Below are positions 16,827 to 26,985 of a stretch of 64,000 bases of DNA, piece after piece. Within the stretch, counting starts at the first letter, position 1, and each line of letters begins with the position of its first letter. This DNA is from a virus. The stretch lies in the IMG/VR virus record IMGVR_UViG_3300028578_000003, positions 99,218-163,217 of that record; one strand, written 5' to 3'. Position numbers and translations under genes: made by a program. The notes beneath the pieces are model-generated. The model made no database searches. It was given only the letters and a program-made list of their open reading frames with translations, and had not been told where the DNA came from.

Positions 16827-19402
16827 TCGACCTGCGGATCCCCAACCTGCGGCGCGCCGCGCCATCCACGGCCACGCGCCTGGCCCTGACCGAGGTCGCC
16901 GGCAACATCACCTACACCGACACCACGATGACGGTGTGGTTCACCGTCCCCGAGCTCATCTGGCCGTTCCGGTCGGACGCCAAGCGCGAGGGGCTGCTGG
17001 ACGCGATGGCCGTCCAGTACGCCCACCCCAGCCTTCAAGGTCTGCGGCTGAGCGTGCGCCGCACCACCATCCCCTTCCCCGTCGACGCGTGGGCCGCGGC
17101 GTACGACACCCGCTCCAACCCGCTGCCGGACGCGTCCACGCCGGTCGTGGGTCGCGCCGGTGTGCCGCTGCCCCGCGCCGGCGTGTCGACGTGGGGCCGG
17201 CACCTCGGCAACGCCCGGGAGCACCTCGCCGCCAGCCAGTACACCCTGGGCCGTGTCCACATCGGCGTGTCGATGCCCCGCCGTGAAATGCCCAACCTCA
17301 CGAGCCTGATCCGGCGCCGGTCAGCGTCCGGCGACACCGCGCGCGCCCGCCGCCTCACCGAGATCGCCGAAACGCTCGCCGGGGTCGGGGTGCACGCCCG
17401 CCCATCCACCCCGGCTGAGGTGGCGTGGCTCATCTACCGCAGTCTCGGTATCGGCCTGACCCCACCCGTCCACGTGCCCGGCGACGTCGGCCCGAACGAC
17501 ATTGCCGTGTTCAGCGAGAGCATCGACCTGGTGCGCGGGCCGTACGACTCGACGACCGAGCTGATCAACCGCAGCACGGACCAGAGGGTGCACGTCGCGG
17601 TTCTGACCGTGGGCCGGATGGACCAGCTTCGGATCCCCCAGCAGCACCAGCCGTGGGCCTACCTGTCCACCGAACTGCCGTTCGAAGTGGAATGGTCCTC
17701 CCGCGTCGACATCCTCGGCCCGCAAGACGCCAAGGCGCAGGTCGAACATCGGCTGCGGATGATCCGGTCACAGCAGGACGAGTACCGGGCGCACGGCGTC
17801 GACTCGCCGACGTCGCTGGAGACGCTGGCCGGCCGAGCGATGGAAATCAACGACGAGATGGAGACCGGCCGGCCCGAGATCGCCTCGCGGGTACACGGCT
17901 GGCACCGGCTGGCCGTGTCCGCCCCCACCAAGGAAGAGTGCCTGACCCGGGTCCGGGCGTTGATCCGCCACTACAACGACAAAGCGAAGATCAGCCTCGT
18001 GCACCCGCGCGGCCAGCTCGGTCTGCTCGGCGAGTTCATCCCCGGCCAGCCGGTCGCCGACACCCGCTTCGCGCGCCGGATGCCGGTACGAATGTTCGCC
18101 GCCGCCGTCCCCAACGCGTCCGGCGCGGTCGGGGACAACCGCGGCGACCTGATCGGCTACACCGTCAGCGGCGCCCGCCGGCCGGTGTTCTTCGACATGC
18201 ACTTCCCGCAGATGGTCCGCGAACGCTCCGGCCTCACCGTCCTGGTCGCCGAGCCGGGAGCCGGCAAGTCCACCCTGCTCGGCGCGCTGGCCTACCTCGC
18301 CGCCCGCCGCGGCGTCCAGGTCACACTGATGGACCCGTCCGGGCCGCTGGCCCGGCTGGCCAGCATGCCCGAGATGCGTAGGCACGCCCGGGTGATCAAC
18401 CTGTCCCAGGCCACACCCGGAACCCTGGCGCCGTACGCCATGGTCCCGACCCCGCAGCGCGCCTCCTTCGCCGCCGGCCCGATCGGCGACGACGAGTACA
18501 CCTCGGCGGTCGCGAACGCCCGCGCGGAACGCAAGGAACTCGTGTTGGACATCCTGACGATGCTCCTGCCGCCCACGCACAGCGGTAAGGCGGAGATCGT
18601 CGACGTGCTCTCCGAGGCGGTGCGCGGCGTGCCCGCCGACGAGCAGTCAACGCTCGAGGATGTCATCGACGCCCTCACCGCCCTGGGTAGGGACGACAGG
18701 GCGGCGAACCCGGCGGCGGCGAAGACCGCGGCGGGGCTGCTCAGCGACGTTAGCGAGCTGCCGCAGGCCCGCGTGTTCTTCGGCGCCCCACCGGCTAGCG
18801 CGCTGCGATCCGACGCCGCTCTCACAGTGATCACCATGGCGGGGCTGCAGCTGCCGAACCTGGCCGTCGACCGCCGCACGTGGACCAAGAGCCAACAGCT
18901 GACCGTGCCGATGCTTCACCTGGCGCACCGCCTGGCCGTACGCCGCTGCTACGGCGGCGACATGACCTCACGCAAGATGGTCGGCCTCGACGAGGCGCAC
19001 TTCATGGCCGGTTGGGATTCCGGCAAGGCGTTCATGGACCGCCTCGCCCGCGACTCCCGGAAGTGGAACATCGCGGCTTTCCTGGCCAGCCAGAACCCGG
19101 CCGACGTGCTCGGTCTGAAGCTGCAGAACCTGACCGTCACCGCGTTCGTCGGTCGGATCAGCGAGGACCCGGACATCGCCGCCGAGGCGTGCCGGCTGCT
19201 CAGCATCCCGGTCGGTGACCGCTACGAGGAGATCCTCGGGTCGCTGTCGCTGCAGGTCGACCACGACACCACGGACCGGCTCGGCTACCGCGACTTCCTG
19301 ATGCGGGACGTCGACGGCCGCGTTCAGCAGGTCCGGATCGACCTCTCATACGTTGCGGGCCTGCTCCAGGTCCTTGACACCACCCCCGGAGGCGACGAAT
19401 GA
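16823..19402 (+). CDS. virB4: VirB4/TcpF-like conjugative ATPase
   Basis: Walker A AEPGAGKS, MDPSG, Walker B VGLDEAH, RDSRKWN...ASQNP. Confidence 0.9.
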   Translation: MIDLRIPNLRRAAPSTATRLALTEVAGNITYTDTTMTVWFTVPELIWPFRSDAKREGLLDAMAVQYAHPSLQGLRLSVRRTTIPFPVDAWAAAYDTRSNPLPDASTPVVGRAGVPLPRAGVSTWGRHLGNAREHLAASQYTLGRVHIGVSMPRREMPNLTSLIRRRSASGDTARARRLTEIAETLAGVGVHARPSTPAEVAWLIYRSLGIGLTPPVHVPGDVGPNDIAVFSESIDLVRGPYDSTTELINRSTDQRVHVAVLTVGRMDQLRIPQQHQPWAYLSTELPFEVEWSSRVDILGPQDAKAQVEHRLRMIRSQQDEYRAHGVDSPTSLETLAGRAMEINDEMETGRPEIASRVHGWHRLAVSAPTKEECLTRVRALIRHYNDKAKISLVHPRGQLGLLGEFIPGQPVADTRFARRMPVRMFAAAVPNASGAVGDNRGDLIGYTVSGARRPVFFDMHFPQMVRERSGLTVLVAEPGAGKSTLLGALAYLAARRGVQVTLMDPSGPLARLASMPEMRRHARVINLSQATPGTLAPYAMVPTPQRASFAAGPIGDDEYTSAVANARAERKELVLDILTMLLPPTHSGKAEIVDVLSEAVRGVPADEQSTLEDVIDALTALGRDDRAANPAAAKTAAGLLSDVSELPQARVFFGAPPASALRSDAALTVITMAGLQLPNLAVDRRTWTKSQQLTVPMLHLAHRLAVRRCYGGDMTSRKMVGLDEAHFMAGWDSGKAFMDRLARDSRKWNIAAFLASQNPADVLGLKLQNLTVTAFVGRISEDPDIAAEACRLLSIPVGDRYEEILGSLSLQVDHDTTDRLGYRDFLMRDVDGRVQQVRIDLSYVAGLLQVLDTTPGGDE

Positions 19403-19722
19403 CCACCACAGAGCCGATCAGCGTCACCGTCGCTGAGTTCGCGATGCTGTGCCGTGTCGCCGCCGGCGACGTCGGCTGGCGCAACAACAGGCCCGGCCAT
19501 GCTTACCCGCAGGACCACTACCACACCTTGAACGACAGGTGGGCCAGCGGCGCGGCCCTGTCCGCGATCAGGGGCCTGTCCCAAAAGATGCTTATCACCG
19601 AGACCGCGCCGTGGGTGCTCGTCACCGACATGGGCCGTGACCTTCTGTCGGGCATGACCGCCGCGGTCAGCGGCCACCTGGCCGCCGCCTGCGACCGTGA
19701 GGCAAGGGCTGGTGCCCGGTGA
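19399..19722 (+). CDS. Hypothetical protein (possible wHTH)
   Basis: Coupled to both neighbours by 4-bp overlaps. Confidence 0.65.
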   Translation: MTTTEPISVTVAEFAMLCRVAAGDVGWRNNRPGHAYPQDHYHTLNDRWASGAALSAIRGLSQKMLITETAPWVLVTDMGRDLLSGMTAAVSGHLAAACDREARAGAR

Positions 19723-21545
19723 TCCGGCGGCTGATGTACGCGGCGACGGCTATCGCCATGGTCGCGGTCACGTCGATGGTGTGGGCGCAGCCGGCGCAGG
19801 CCGCCCCGGCCGGGCTGTGCACTGTCCAGGAATGGACGACCCCCGCGCTCTTCGCTGACTGCGCCGGCCGGCTCGGCAAGCAGGCCACCGACGCCGTGGG
19901 CTGCGTCGGCGCGCCTATGCCAGGCTCGCCGACCTCGGGCATGCCAGGCATGTTCAGTTCCCGGCCGGAGAGCTCGCTGCGTTCGGGGGTGACCGGGCGC
20001 TACTCGATGTACGGCACCGGTGGGTACGGCCTGGACACCTACGACCTCGGCTGCATGGCCGATATCCGGCACCCGGGCGTGACCACCTGGAACACGATCG
20101 CCAGCGGCGAGTTTTGGCTGGCGTCCCTCATCGTCAGCGCGGCCAACGGGCTACGCGAGTGGGCGTACGAACCCAGCTTGGTGTGGGGTTGGGCCGACGG
20201 GTTCGTCGAGTCCGCCACCACCGCGATCTTCGAGTACGTCTTCTCCGTCCTCGGGACCATCTCGATCATCGTCGTCGGCCTGCTACTGGTGGTCCACTCC
20301 CGGCACGGGCAGATGTCCAAGGCGCTGACCTCGGCCGGCTGGGCGCTGTTCATCATGGTGGCGATCACCGCGATCGCCAGATATCCCGTCTACGCCACGC
20401 ACGCCGCCGACTCGGCCACCACATCCGGCATCGACCTCATCCACAGTGCCGCCGACAAGGCCATCGGTCCGGGCCCGCAGAACGGGGACGACCCGGAGTG
20501 TCGTGTTAGCGCCGACCCGGCCGCGTGCATCGACCACCGCACCCCCGCGGTCCGGGCCTCCGACAGCGCCACCGAGGCGATCCTCTACCGGTCGTGGCTG
20601 CGCGCCGTGCTCGGCTCGGCGGACGGACCCACCGCCGACAAGTACGGCCCCGCCCTGTACGACGCGACCACCCTCACCTGGGACGAGCAGGCCCGCGCCG
20701 ACCAGTCCCCGCAACTACGCAAAAACCTGCTGGACCAGAAGGCGGCGACGTTCAACGCGATCGCCGCGCAGCTGAGCGACGAGGACCCCGAGGCGTACGA
20801 ACATCTACAGGGCATCCACGGCTGGGACCGGGCCAGCGCCGGCCTGTTCGCCGTGCTCGCCGCGCTGGCATTCGCCGCGTTCGACATGACCGCTTCGCTG
20901 GTGGTCCTGTTCGGGTTCGCGGTCTTCCGGATCGCGGTCGTGATCGCGCCCCTGGTGGGCTCCTACGGTGTGATCCAGCCGGCCAGCGGCGGTGTACGCC
21001 GGATCACCAACACGGTGGTCGCGTCCGCGTTCAACATCGTCATCTTCGGCGGCGTCGGCGCCCTGTACCTGGCCGCGTTCGCGCGGATCAGCAGCAGCTC
21101 AATGCCCCCCGCCGCCCAACTCGCCATAACCGCGCTGCTTTCGGTCGCGTGCCTGATCGTGCTGCGCCCGATCCGGCACATGACCTCCACGCTCACCGGC
21201 CGGGCCCGCTCCGAGGACGGGCTCGGGCAGCGGCTCTGGAACGCGGGCAAGGAGATCGCCACCCGGCGGCCCGCCGAGCCGGCGGCGGCCGCGTCCGAGG
21301 CGCCGACCAGCGCGCCGCCGGCACCGACGCGACCCGAAGCGACGCCCGGCCCATCCCGACCCGAGGCGACGCCTGTCCCACCGCGCCCTGAGGCGCCGCC
21401 GTCCGCCCCTCCGCGGCCCGAGCATGAACCGGTCGCCGCGCCGGCCGAGGGTCGGCGTTCCACCACGGCGGTGCTCACCGAGGCGGTCGCGCCTTCCGCG
21501 TCCGGGTTCGTCAAGCGCCTCAGCCGGCCCGAGGGAGGGAACTGA
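19719..21545 (+). CDS. VirB6/TcpH-like polytopic membrane protein
   Basis: Signal peptide, multiple TM helices, Pro-rich RPEA-repeat tail; follows VirB4. Confidence 0.75.
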   Translation: MIRRLMYAATAIAMVAVTSMVWAQPAQAAPAGLCTVQEWTTPALFADCAGRLGKQATDAVGCVGAPMPGSPTSGMPGMFSSRPESSLRSGVTGRYSMYGTGGYGLDTYDLGCMADIRHPGVTTWNTIASGEFWLASLIVSAANGLREWAYEPSLVWGWADGFVESATTAIFEYVFSVLGTISIIVVGLLLVVHSRHGQMSKALTSAGWALFIMVAITAIARYPVYATHAADSATTSGIDLIHSAADKAIGPGPQNGDDPECRVSADPAACIDHRTPAVRASDSATEAILYRSWLRAVLGSADGPTADKYGPALYDATTLTWDEQARADQSPQLRKNLLDQKAATFNAIAAQLSDEDPEAYEHLQGIHGWDRASAGLFAVLAALAFAAFDMTASLVVLFGFAVFRIAVVIAPLVGSYGVIQPASGGVRRITNTVVASAFNIVIFGGVGALYLAAFARISSSSMPPAAQLAITALLSVACLIVLRPIRHMTSTLTGRARSEDGLGQRLWNAGKEIATRRPAEPAAAASEAPTSAPPAPTRPEATPGPSRPEATPVPPRPEAPPSAPPRPEHEPVAAPAEGRRSTTAVLTEAVAPSASGFVKRLSRPEGGN

Positions 21546-21547
21546 CG

Positions 21548-22165
21548 ATGCCCAGGATGCCGAAGATGACCCTCCGCAGGGTGGCGCTCGTCTCGCTGCT
21601 GGCGCTGCTCGCCCTGCTCGCGCTCGTCGCCCAGCTCGACGGCGGCGACGGCGGTCGACAGGACCAGCTGGTGCCGCTGCCGCCGACCGTCACCGCCACA
21701 GCGACCCCTGGTGTCACCGCCAGCCCGACCGTGTCGCCGTCGCCGTCGGTCGACGACCACGGTCACGACGGCGACGACGGTGTGGCCGGTAACGGTCCGG
21801 CAACCCCCACCCCGCCGCCGGACGTCCGCGAGGCCGCCGCCGCGTGCGGGGCCGCGTGGCTCAACGCCTACACACAAACCCCCGAGCAGTGGCACGAGGC
21901 GTTGGCCAAGCGGGTCACCAGCGACCTGGCCGCCGAGCTCGCCGGCGTCGACCCGCGCGACCAGGTGCCAGTCGGGCGAACCGACGACGGCAAGGTTGAG
22001 GTCACCGCCGTCGGATCGGTGTGGGAAGCCACCGTGCCGATCGTCGACCGGCCCGGCGGCGCCAGGCTGGGTGTCCTCACCGTCACCGTGCGCCGCGCCA
22101 CCAACGCCACCTTCCGCACCGACCAGTGGCTGATCTCGGAGCTGGGCTGGGAGCCGCAACGATGA
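21548..22165 (+). CDS. Bitopic conjugation protein (VirB8/TcpC-like)
   Basis: N-terminal TM, P/T linker, small alpha+beta domain. Confidence 0.55.
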   Translation: MPRMPKMTLRRVALVSLLALLALLALVAQLDGGDGGRQDQLVPLPPTVTATATPGVTASPTVSPSPSVDDHGHDGDDGVAGNGPATPTPPPDVREAAAACGAAWLNAYTQTPEQWHEALAKRVTSDLAAELAGVDPRDQVPVGRTDDGKVEVTAVGSVWEATVPIVDRPGGARLGVLTVTVRRATNATFRTDQWLISELGWEPQR

Positions 22166-23283
22166 GGCGCATCCCGGTCTCGCTCGCCGTCGCGGTCACC
22201 GCGACGGTGGCGTTGTGCTGCGGTGGCGGCGGCCTGGTCGTCGCGGCCGGCACGATGACCGGTGGAAGCCCCAACAAGCCGCGCACCCAAAACGCGTCGA
22301 CGCAGTGCGGCACCGCCGCCAACATCCCGACCGTCAAGCGGGATACGCCGAAGGTGGCCGGGTTCAACGCCCGCCAGATCGAGAACGCCGCCACGATCGT
22401 GAAGGTCGGCCAGGACCTCGAGGTGCCGCCGCGCGGCTGGATCATCGCGGTCGCCACCGCGATGCAAGAGTCGTCGCTGGACAACCTCGGCCACCTCGGC
22501 GAGGACAACGACCACGACTCACTCGGGCTGTTCCAGCAGCGACCCAGTCAAGGCTGGGGTACACCAGAGCAGGTCCGCGACCCGGTGTACGCGTCGAAGA
22601 AGTTCTACCAGGCGCTGCTCAAGGTGCCCGACTGGCAGACGATGCCGCTGACCCGCGCCGCGCAGACGGTGCAGCGGTCGGCGTACCCCGACGCGTACGC
22701 CAAGCACGAGCCCAAAGCAACCGAGATCGTCGACAAGATCACCGGCGGCGCGTCCAAGACCGCGGTGACCGCGCAGGTCGCCGGCCGGTGCGCCAAGCCG
22801 GACGAGGTCACCTCCGGCGGTTGGGTCCGCCCGGTCGACGCCCCGGTCGGCAGCGGGTACCGGACCGCTGAGCGGCCCGACCACCAAGGCGTCGACCTGT
22901 CGACCCGCCGCGGTGTCCCGGTCCGGGCCGCCGCCGCCGGGACCGTGATCCACATGGAGTGCGACAAAGCCGAGATCGGCTACAACTGCGACCGCGACGG
23001 GTCGCCGTCGACGCCCGGCTGTGGCTGGTACCTGGACATCCGGCACAGCGGCAACTGGGTCACCCGCTACTGCCACCTGCTGCGCAAGCCGCTGGTCGGC
23101 ACCGGAGACAAGGTGACCGCCGGGCAGCAGATCGGGCTGCTCGGCACGTCCGGGCACAGCTCCGGACCGCACCTGCACTTCGAGGTCCACAAGAACGGCG
23201 GCCGCACCAAGGCGACCGCGATCAACCCGGTCAAATTCATGGCCGACCGGGGTGCTCCCCTGGGAGAAGGGAAACGGGCATGA
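22162..23283 (+). CDS. Cell-wall hydrolase: lysozyme-like domain plus M23 peptidase
   Basis: ATAMQESSL...SLGLFQQRPSQGWG; HQGVD, YCHL, SGPHLHFEV. Confidence 0.92.
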   Translation: MRRIPVSLAVAVTATVALCCGGGGLVVAAGTMTGGSPNKPRTQNASTQCGTAANIPTVKRDTPKVAGFNARQIENAATIVKVGQDLEVPPRGWIIAVATAMQESSLDNLGHLGEDNDHDSLGLFQQRPSQGWGTPEQVRDPVYASKKFYQALLKVPDWQTMPLTRAAQTVQRSAYPDAYAKHEPKATEIVDKITGGASKTAVTAQVAGRCAKPDEVTSGGWVRPVDAPVGSGYRTAERPDHQGVDLSTRRGVPVRAAAAGTVIHMECDKAEIGYNCDRDGSPSTPGCGWYLDIRHSGNWVTRYCHLLRKPLVGTGDKVTAGQQIGLLGTSGHSSGPHLHFEVHKNGGRTKATAINPVKFMADRGAPLGEGKRA

Positions 23284-23606
23284 GGATCCGATACTGGCTC
23301 GCCCTAGCCGTCTTCGTGACGATGGGTGTCACGTGGGTCACCGACGGCAACCCGTCGTTCGCGCTCGTGATGGTCGGGGTCGGCTTGCTCCGGTCCTGGT
23401 TTACCGCAGCCGTCGCTATCCTGCTCTGCCTCACGGCGGGCCTCGGCCTGTTCGCCGTGACCGCCGCGCTCCTGGCCGTCTACACCATCCTCGTGCTGGC
23501 TGGCGATCTGCTCCAGCCCGCACCCGTTCTACGCCTCCACCGGGCCGCAGCGTCAGCCATCGAGGCTGGACCGGCCACGAACTCTCTGAAGGGAGAGCGC
23601 TCATGA
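23280..23606 (+). CDS. Small membrane protein
   Basis: Hydrophobic, coupled overlaps. Confidence 0.65.
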   Translation: MRIRYWLALAVFVTMGVTWVTDGNPSFALVMVGVGLLRSWFTAAVAILLCLTAGLGLFAVTAALLAVYTILVLAGDLLQPAPVLRLHRAAASAIEAGPATNSLKGERS

Positions 23607-24178
23607 AGGCCGCTTGGAAGGGCATCTTCGGCATCCCGAAGCGGATCATCGTCGCCGTCTTCACCGATCCGCTCGCCGCAGCGTCGTTCCTGCTGGCGTC
23701 GCTGGGCGGGATGATGGCGGCCGGCACGTTCATCGGCTCGATCATCATCTGGATCATCCACGTCGGCCCGGTGTGGTTGCCGTTCCCGCTCGCCGCTGTC
23801 GGCGTGGTGCTCCTGGGCGGTGACCTGATCCGCGACGGCATCCCGGAGCGGCTGGCCGTCTACATCTCGATGGCCCTGCCGTCGGTGTTCATGTCGATGC
23901 CCGAGGAAGGCAAGCTCCACCAGAAGTTCGCCGGCTGGATCAAGGACGTCAACAACAAGATGAACGACTGGCTCGGCGAGTGGATCGGCATGACCGGGTC
24001 CAAGGCGGTCATGACCGTGGTCGCCTTTTCCTGCCTCGCGGCAGCCGTTCTGCTCTGCGAGCGGTACGCGCGCGGCGCCAAGGGCTCGCTGGCCTCCGCG
24101 TCGACGACCGAACCCGTCAGCACGACCAGCACCCGCACCACGGCCAGCAGCAGCCGCGGCCGCGGCGGGAAGCGCTGA
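23603..24178 (+). CDS. Membrane protein
   Basis: Four hydrophobic segments, RBS AAGGGAG. Confidence 0.75.
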   Translation: MKAAWKGIFGIPKRIIVAVFTDPLAAASFLLASLGGMMAAGTFIGSIIIWIIHVGPVWLPFPLAAVGVVLLGGDLIRDGIPERLAVYISMALPSVFMSMPEEGKLHQKFAGWIKDVNNKMNDWLGEWIGMTGSKAVMTVVAFSCLAAAVLLCERYARGAKGSLASASTTEPVSTTSTRTTASSSRGRGGKR

Positions 24179-24181
24179 GCG

Positions 24182-24472
24182 ATGCCGACGCGGGAAGTCT
24201 CCACGGCCAACCGGGAGCAGCATCACCTGGATCGGATCCGGGCGCAGGTGACCGCGCGCGGCCGGTTCTGGAGGGTGTGTGCCTGGGTGATCGCGGAGGC
24301 CGTCCGCGACGACGACGTCGACCGTGTGTCGCAGCACCTGCTCGGTCTTGTGGAGCTCCTCCGGACGGGTAAGCCCCTGCCCCGGGAGCTCCACAAGACG
24401 GGGGCAACCCTCGCGAGGGCAGCCCACCTCAACACCTTCTTGGCCGATACCGAAGGGAAGGAGGCGGCATGA
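24182..24472 (+). CDS. Hypothetical protein
   Basis: Fills operon, ATGA overlap downstream. Confidence 0.6.
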   Translation: MPTREVSTANREQHHLDRIRAQVTARGRFWRVCAWVIAEAVRDDDVDRVSQHLLGLVELLRTGKPLPRELHKTGATLARAAHLNTFLADTEGKEAA

Positions 24473-24879
24473 CCGCCGCAGTTCCGGCCGCCGATGTCCC
24501 CGTGGACACCGTGACCGAACCCGAGGACAGCAAGACGTCCGCGGCCGCCGCCGTCAAGGAGAAGGCCGCCGCCGTGTTGACCAGGGCCGGGGGCTGGCGT
24601 GGATTCGTCACCCACCCCATGCCAGTAAAGGAGGCGTGGGAACGGTCGTGGATCATCGACCGGCGGCGGATCCCAGCTGACAGCAGCTGGTGGTACTGGT
24701 GGTGGTACTGGTCGAACCGCACCGACCGGATCCTGCTTTTCGGCGTGTTGATGATCCTGCCGACCGCGCTAAACAAGCCGGTGCTGTACGCCGCGCAGCG
24801 GCCGACCCGCCGCTGGGGCATGTACCTGGTGGTGTTCTGCCTGCTGGTTATCCTGCCGGCCGCTACGGCGGTGGCATAG
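24469..24879 (+). CDS. Membrane protein (Trp-rich)
   Basis: AAGGAGG RBS, two TM segments. Confidence 0.7.
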   Translation: MTAAVPAADVPVDTVTEPEDSKTSAAAAVKEKAAAVLTRAGGWRGFVTHPMPVKEAWERSWIIDRRRIPADSSWWYWWWYWSNRTDRILLFGVLMILPTALNKPVLYAAQRPTRRWGMYLVVFCLLVILPAATAVA

Positions 24880-24882
24880 CCG

Positions 24883-26985
24883 ATGAGCAACTCCAGCCGC
24901 GCCGTGCGCGCGTTCGTCGCCGAGGTCGTTCGGCCCCCCGATCCGGAAGAGGACAAGAAGCAGGAGAAGCAGCCGACCGTCGCCGCGGAACACAAGAAGG
25001 CGGTCGCGGTCGGTGCGAAGCTGTACCGGCAGCAGCTGCCCCCGTGGGGAGTGTTCCTGGCCGCGCTACTCGGCGGCATTATCGTCCACAACGGACAGTA
25101 CGGGCTCGGGACCGTGTTGTTCGTGCCGGTGCTCGCGATCGTCAGCTACCTGGTCACCGACTTCCTGCTGACGCGCAAGAGCCAAAACGCCGGCCGGACC
25201 GAGCGGGGACAGCAGACCGGCCGCCGGATCCGCCGGATCAACACCCGCGCGTGGCGGTCTGGCAAGGTCGGCTTCGCCGTCGGCGTGTGGCTGGTCGCGG
25301 TCGCTGCCACTACGCCGCCGGCGTTTCCGTACGGGCTGGGTGACTTGCCCGGGGTCGTGGTGTGGTGGGGTGGTGTCGCGGTGTGGGCCGGGGCGTCTTG
25401 GGATGGCTGGTGGCAGCCCGCCGAGGAAGCCGGTCCGCATGAGCTGATGGGGGAGGAGCCAGCCGATTCGGTTGAGGAGCCGGTTGGGCCGGTCACCGTC
25501 GACCAGGCGCCTACCGCCACGCCCCCACCGGCGCCCGTACGGCAGCGGCCCGCTTATCCGCCACGCGAGCAGGAGCTGCCGCTGCCGATGGTGCTCCGGC
25601 GGACGGTGCCCGCCGGCAGTCAGGTCCTCGTCGCCGACAAGCGTGAGGAGGTCCAGAGGGTCCTCGACGACCAGGGCGCGCTCGGGAAGGTGGTCGGGGT
25701 CGTTATCGGGCCGTCCACGATCCAGTACAACATTGAGCCCAACGAGAGGGTCAAGACGGCGAAGATCCTCAATCTGAAGAACGACTTCGGGTTGGCGCTG
25801 AAGACCGGGACCTTCCGCTTCCTGGCCCCGGTCGAGGGGCACTCGTTCGTCGGCATCGAAGCGCCCCGCGCGGAGGAGGACCGCGAGGACGTCCCGCTGG
25901 GTGAGGTCCTGGCCAGCCGCGCCGCCCGAGACAACGACGGCACGCTGCTGCTGGCGCTTGGCAAAGACACCCAGGGCGGGCACGTCGTCGTCGACCTGGC
26001 CCGCCTGCCGCACATACTCATCGCCGGCGCGAGCGGCGCGGGCAAGTCCGAGTGCGTCAACTCGCTGCTGTGCTCGATCCTCAACCGGGCCACACCCAGG
26101 CAGGTCCGGTTGCTGCTGATCGACCTGAAGCGGGTCGAGCTGGCCGCCTACAAGGACGTCCCGCACCTGGTCACCGAGGTCGTGACCGAAGCCGAGGCGG
26201 CGGCGAACGCGCTGCGGTGGGCCGTACGGGAGATGGAGAACCGGTACGTCCGGATCGCCGCGGCCGGCGCCCGTAACATCGACGAGTACAACAAGGCCGG
26301 GCTCGGCCCGTTCATGTCCAAGCTCGTGATCCTGGTGGACGAGTTCGCCGCACTCATGATCACCGCCGAGGACGGGAGCGACGTCGAGCAGAACGTCGTA
26401 CGGGTGGCGCAGGAGGGCCGCGCCTCAGGCGTCCACCTGATCCTGGCGACGCAGCGCCCGTCAGTCGACGTGATCACCGGCTTGATCAAGGCCAACATCG
26501 GGGCACGGTTGGCGTTCATGACCACGTCGCTCCGGGATTCGATGGTCATCCTCGATGCGCCCGGCGCGGAGAAACTCCTCGGCCGCGGCGACGCGCTCTG
26601 GCGGGAGAACGGGGCGGCCCGCCCGATCCGGCTGCAGGGCTCACTGGTCACCAATCCCGAGATCGCCGCCACCGTCGACCACTGGCGCAAACACGGCAAG
26701 GCCGGGTTCATCCCCGCTGTCACCGAGCCCGTGGATGTGGAACCGGTTCGCGGTCCGCGGCTGGCCCGCGACGAGGTGCTCGACGCCGGCCGCCGACTCC
26801 GTGACCACGACGGCACGGTCTACAAGCAGCAGATCGTGGATGCCACGCCCGGCATGAACCCAGCCACCCGCAACGCGGCGATCACGGACCTGTTCCGCTC
26901 CGGCGACTTCCAGAAAACCGACAGCAACGCCAAGTACCTGGTGCCCGACGAACGGGCCGAGAAGGCAGGAGACCCGACCGAATGA
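24883..26985 (+). CDS. FtsK/SpoIIIE-family DNA translocase (TraB/TcpA-like)
   Basis: N-terminal TMs; PHILIAGASGAGKS, IDLKRVEL, ILVDEFA, LILATQRPSVDVITGLIKAN, GAEKLLGRGD; C-terminal wHTH-like domain. Confidence 0.93.
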   Translation: MSNSSRAVRAFVAEVVRPPDPEEDKKQEKQPTVAAEHKKAVAVGAKLYRQQLPPWGVFLAALLGGIIVHNGQYGLGTVLFVPVLAIVSYLVTDFLLTRKSQNAGRTERGQQTGRRIRRINTRAWRSGKVGFAVGVWLVAVAATTPPAFPYGLGDLPGVVVWWGGVAVWAGASWDGWWQPAEEAGPHELMGEEPADSVEEPVGPVTVDQAPTATPPPAPVRQRPAYPPREQELPLPMVLRRTVPAGSQVLVADKREEVQRVLDDQGALGKVVGVVIGPSTIQYNIEPNERVKTAKILNLKNDFGLALKTGTFRFLAPVEGHSFVGIEAPRAEEDREDVPLGEVLASRAARDNDGTLLLALGKDTQGGHVVVDLARLPHILIAGASGAGKSECVNSLLCSILNRATPRQVRLLLIDLKRVELAAYKDVPHLVTEVVTEAEAAANALRWAVREMENRYVRIAAAGARNIDEYNKAGLGPFMSKLVILVDEFAALMITAEDGSDVEQNVVRVAQEGRASGVHLILATQRPSVDVITGLIKANIGARLAFMTTSLRDSMVILDAPGAEKLLGRGDALWRENGAARPIRLQGSLVTNPEIAATVDHWRKHGKAGFIPAVTEPVDVEPVRGPRLARDEVLDAGRRLRDHDGTVYKQQIVDATPGMNPATRNAAITDLFRSGDFQKTDSNAKYLVPDERAEKAGDPTE

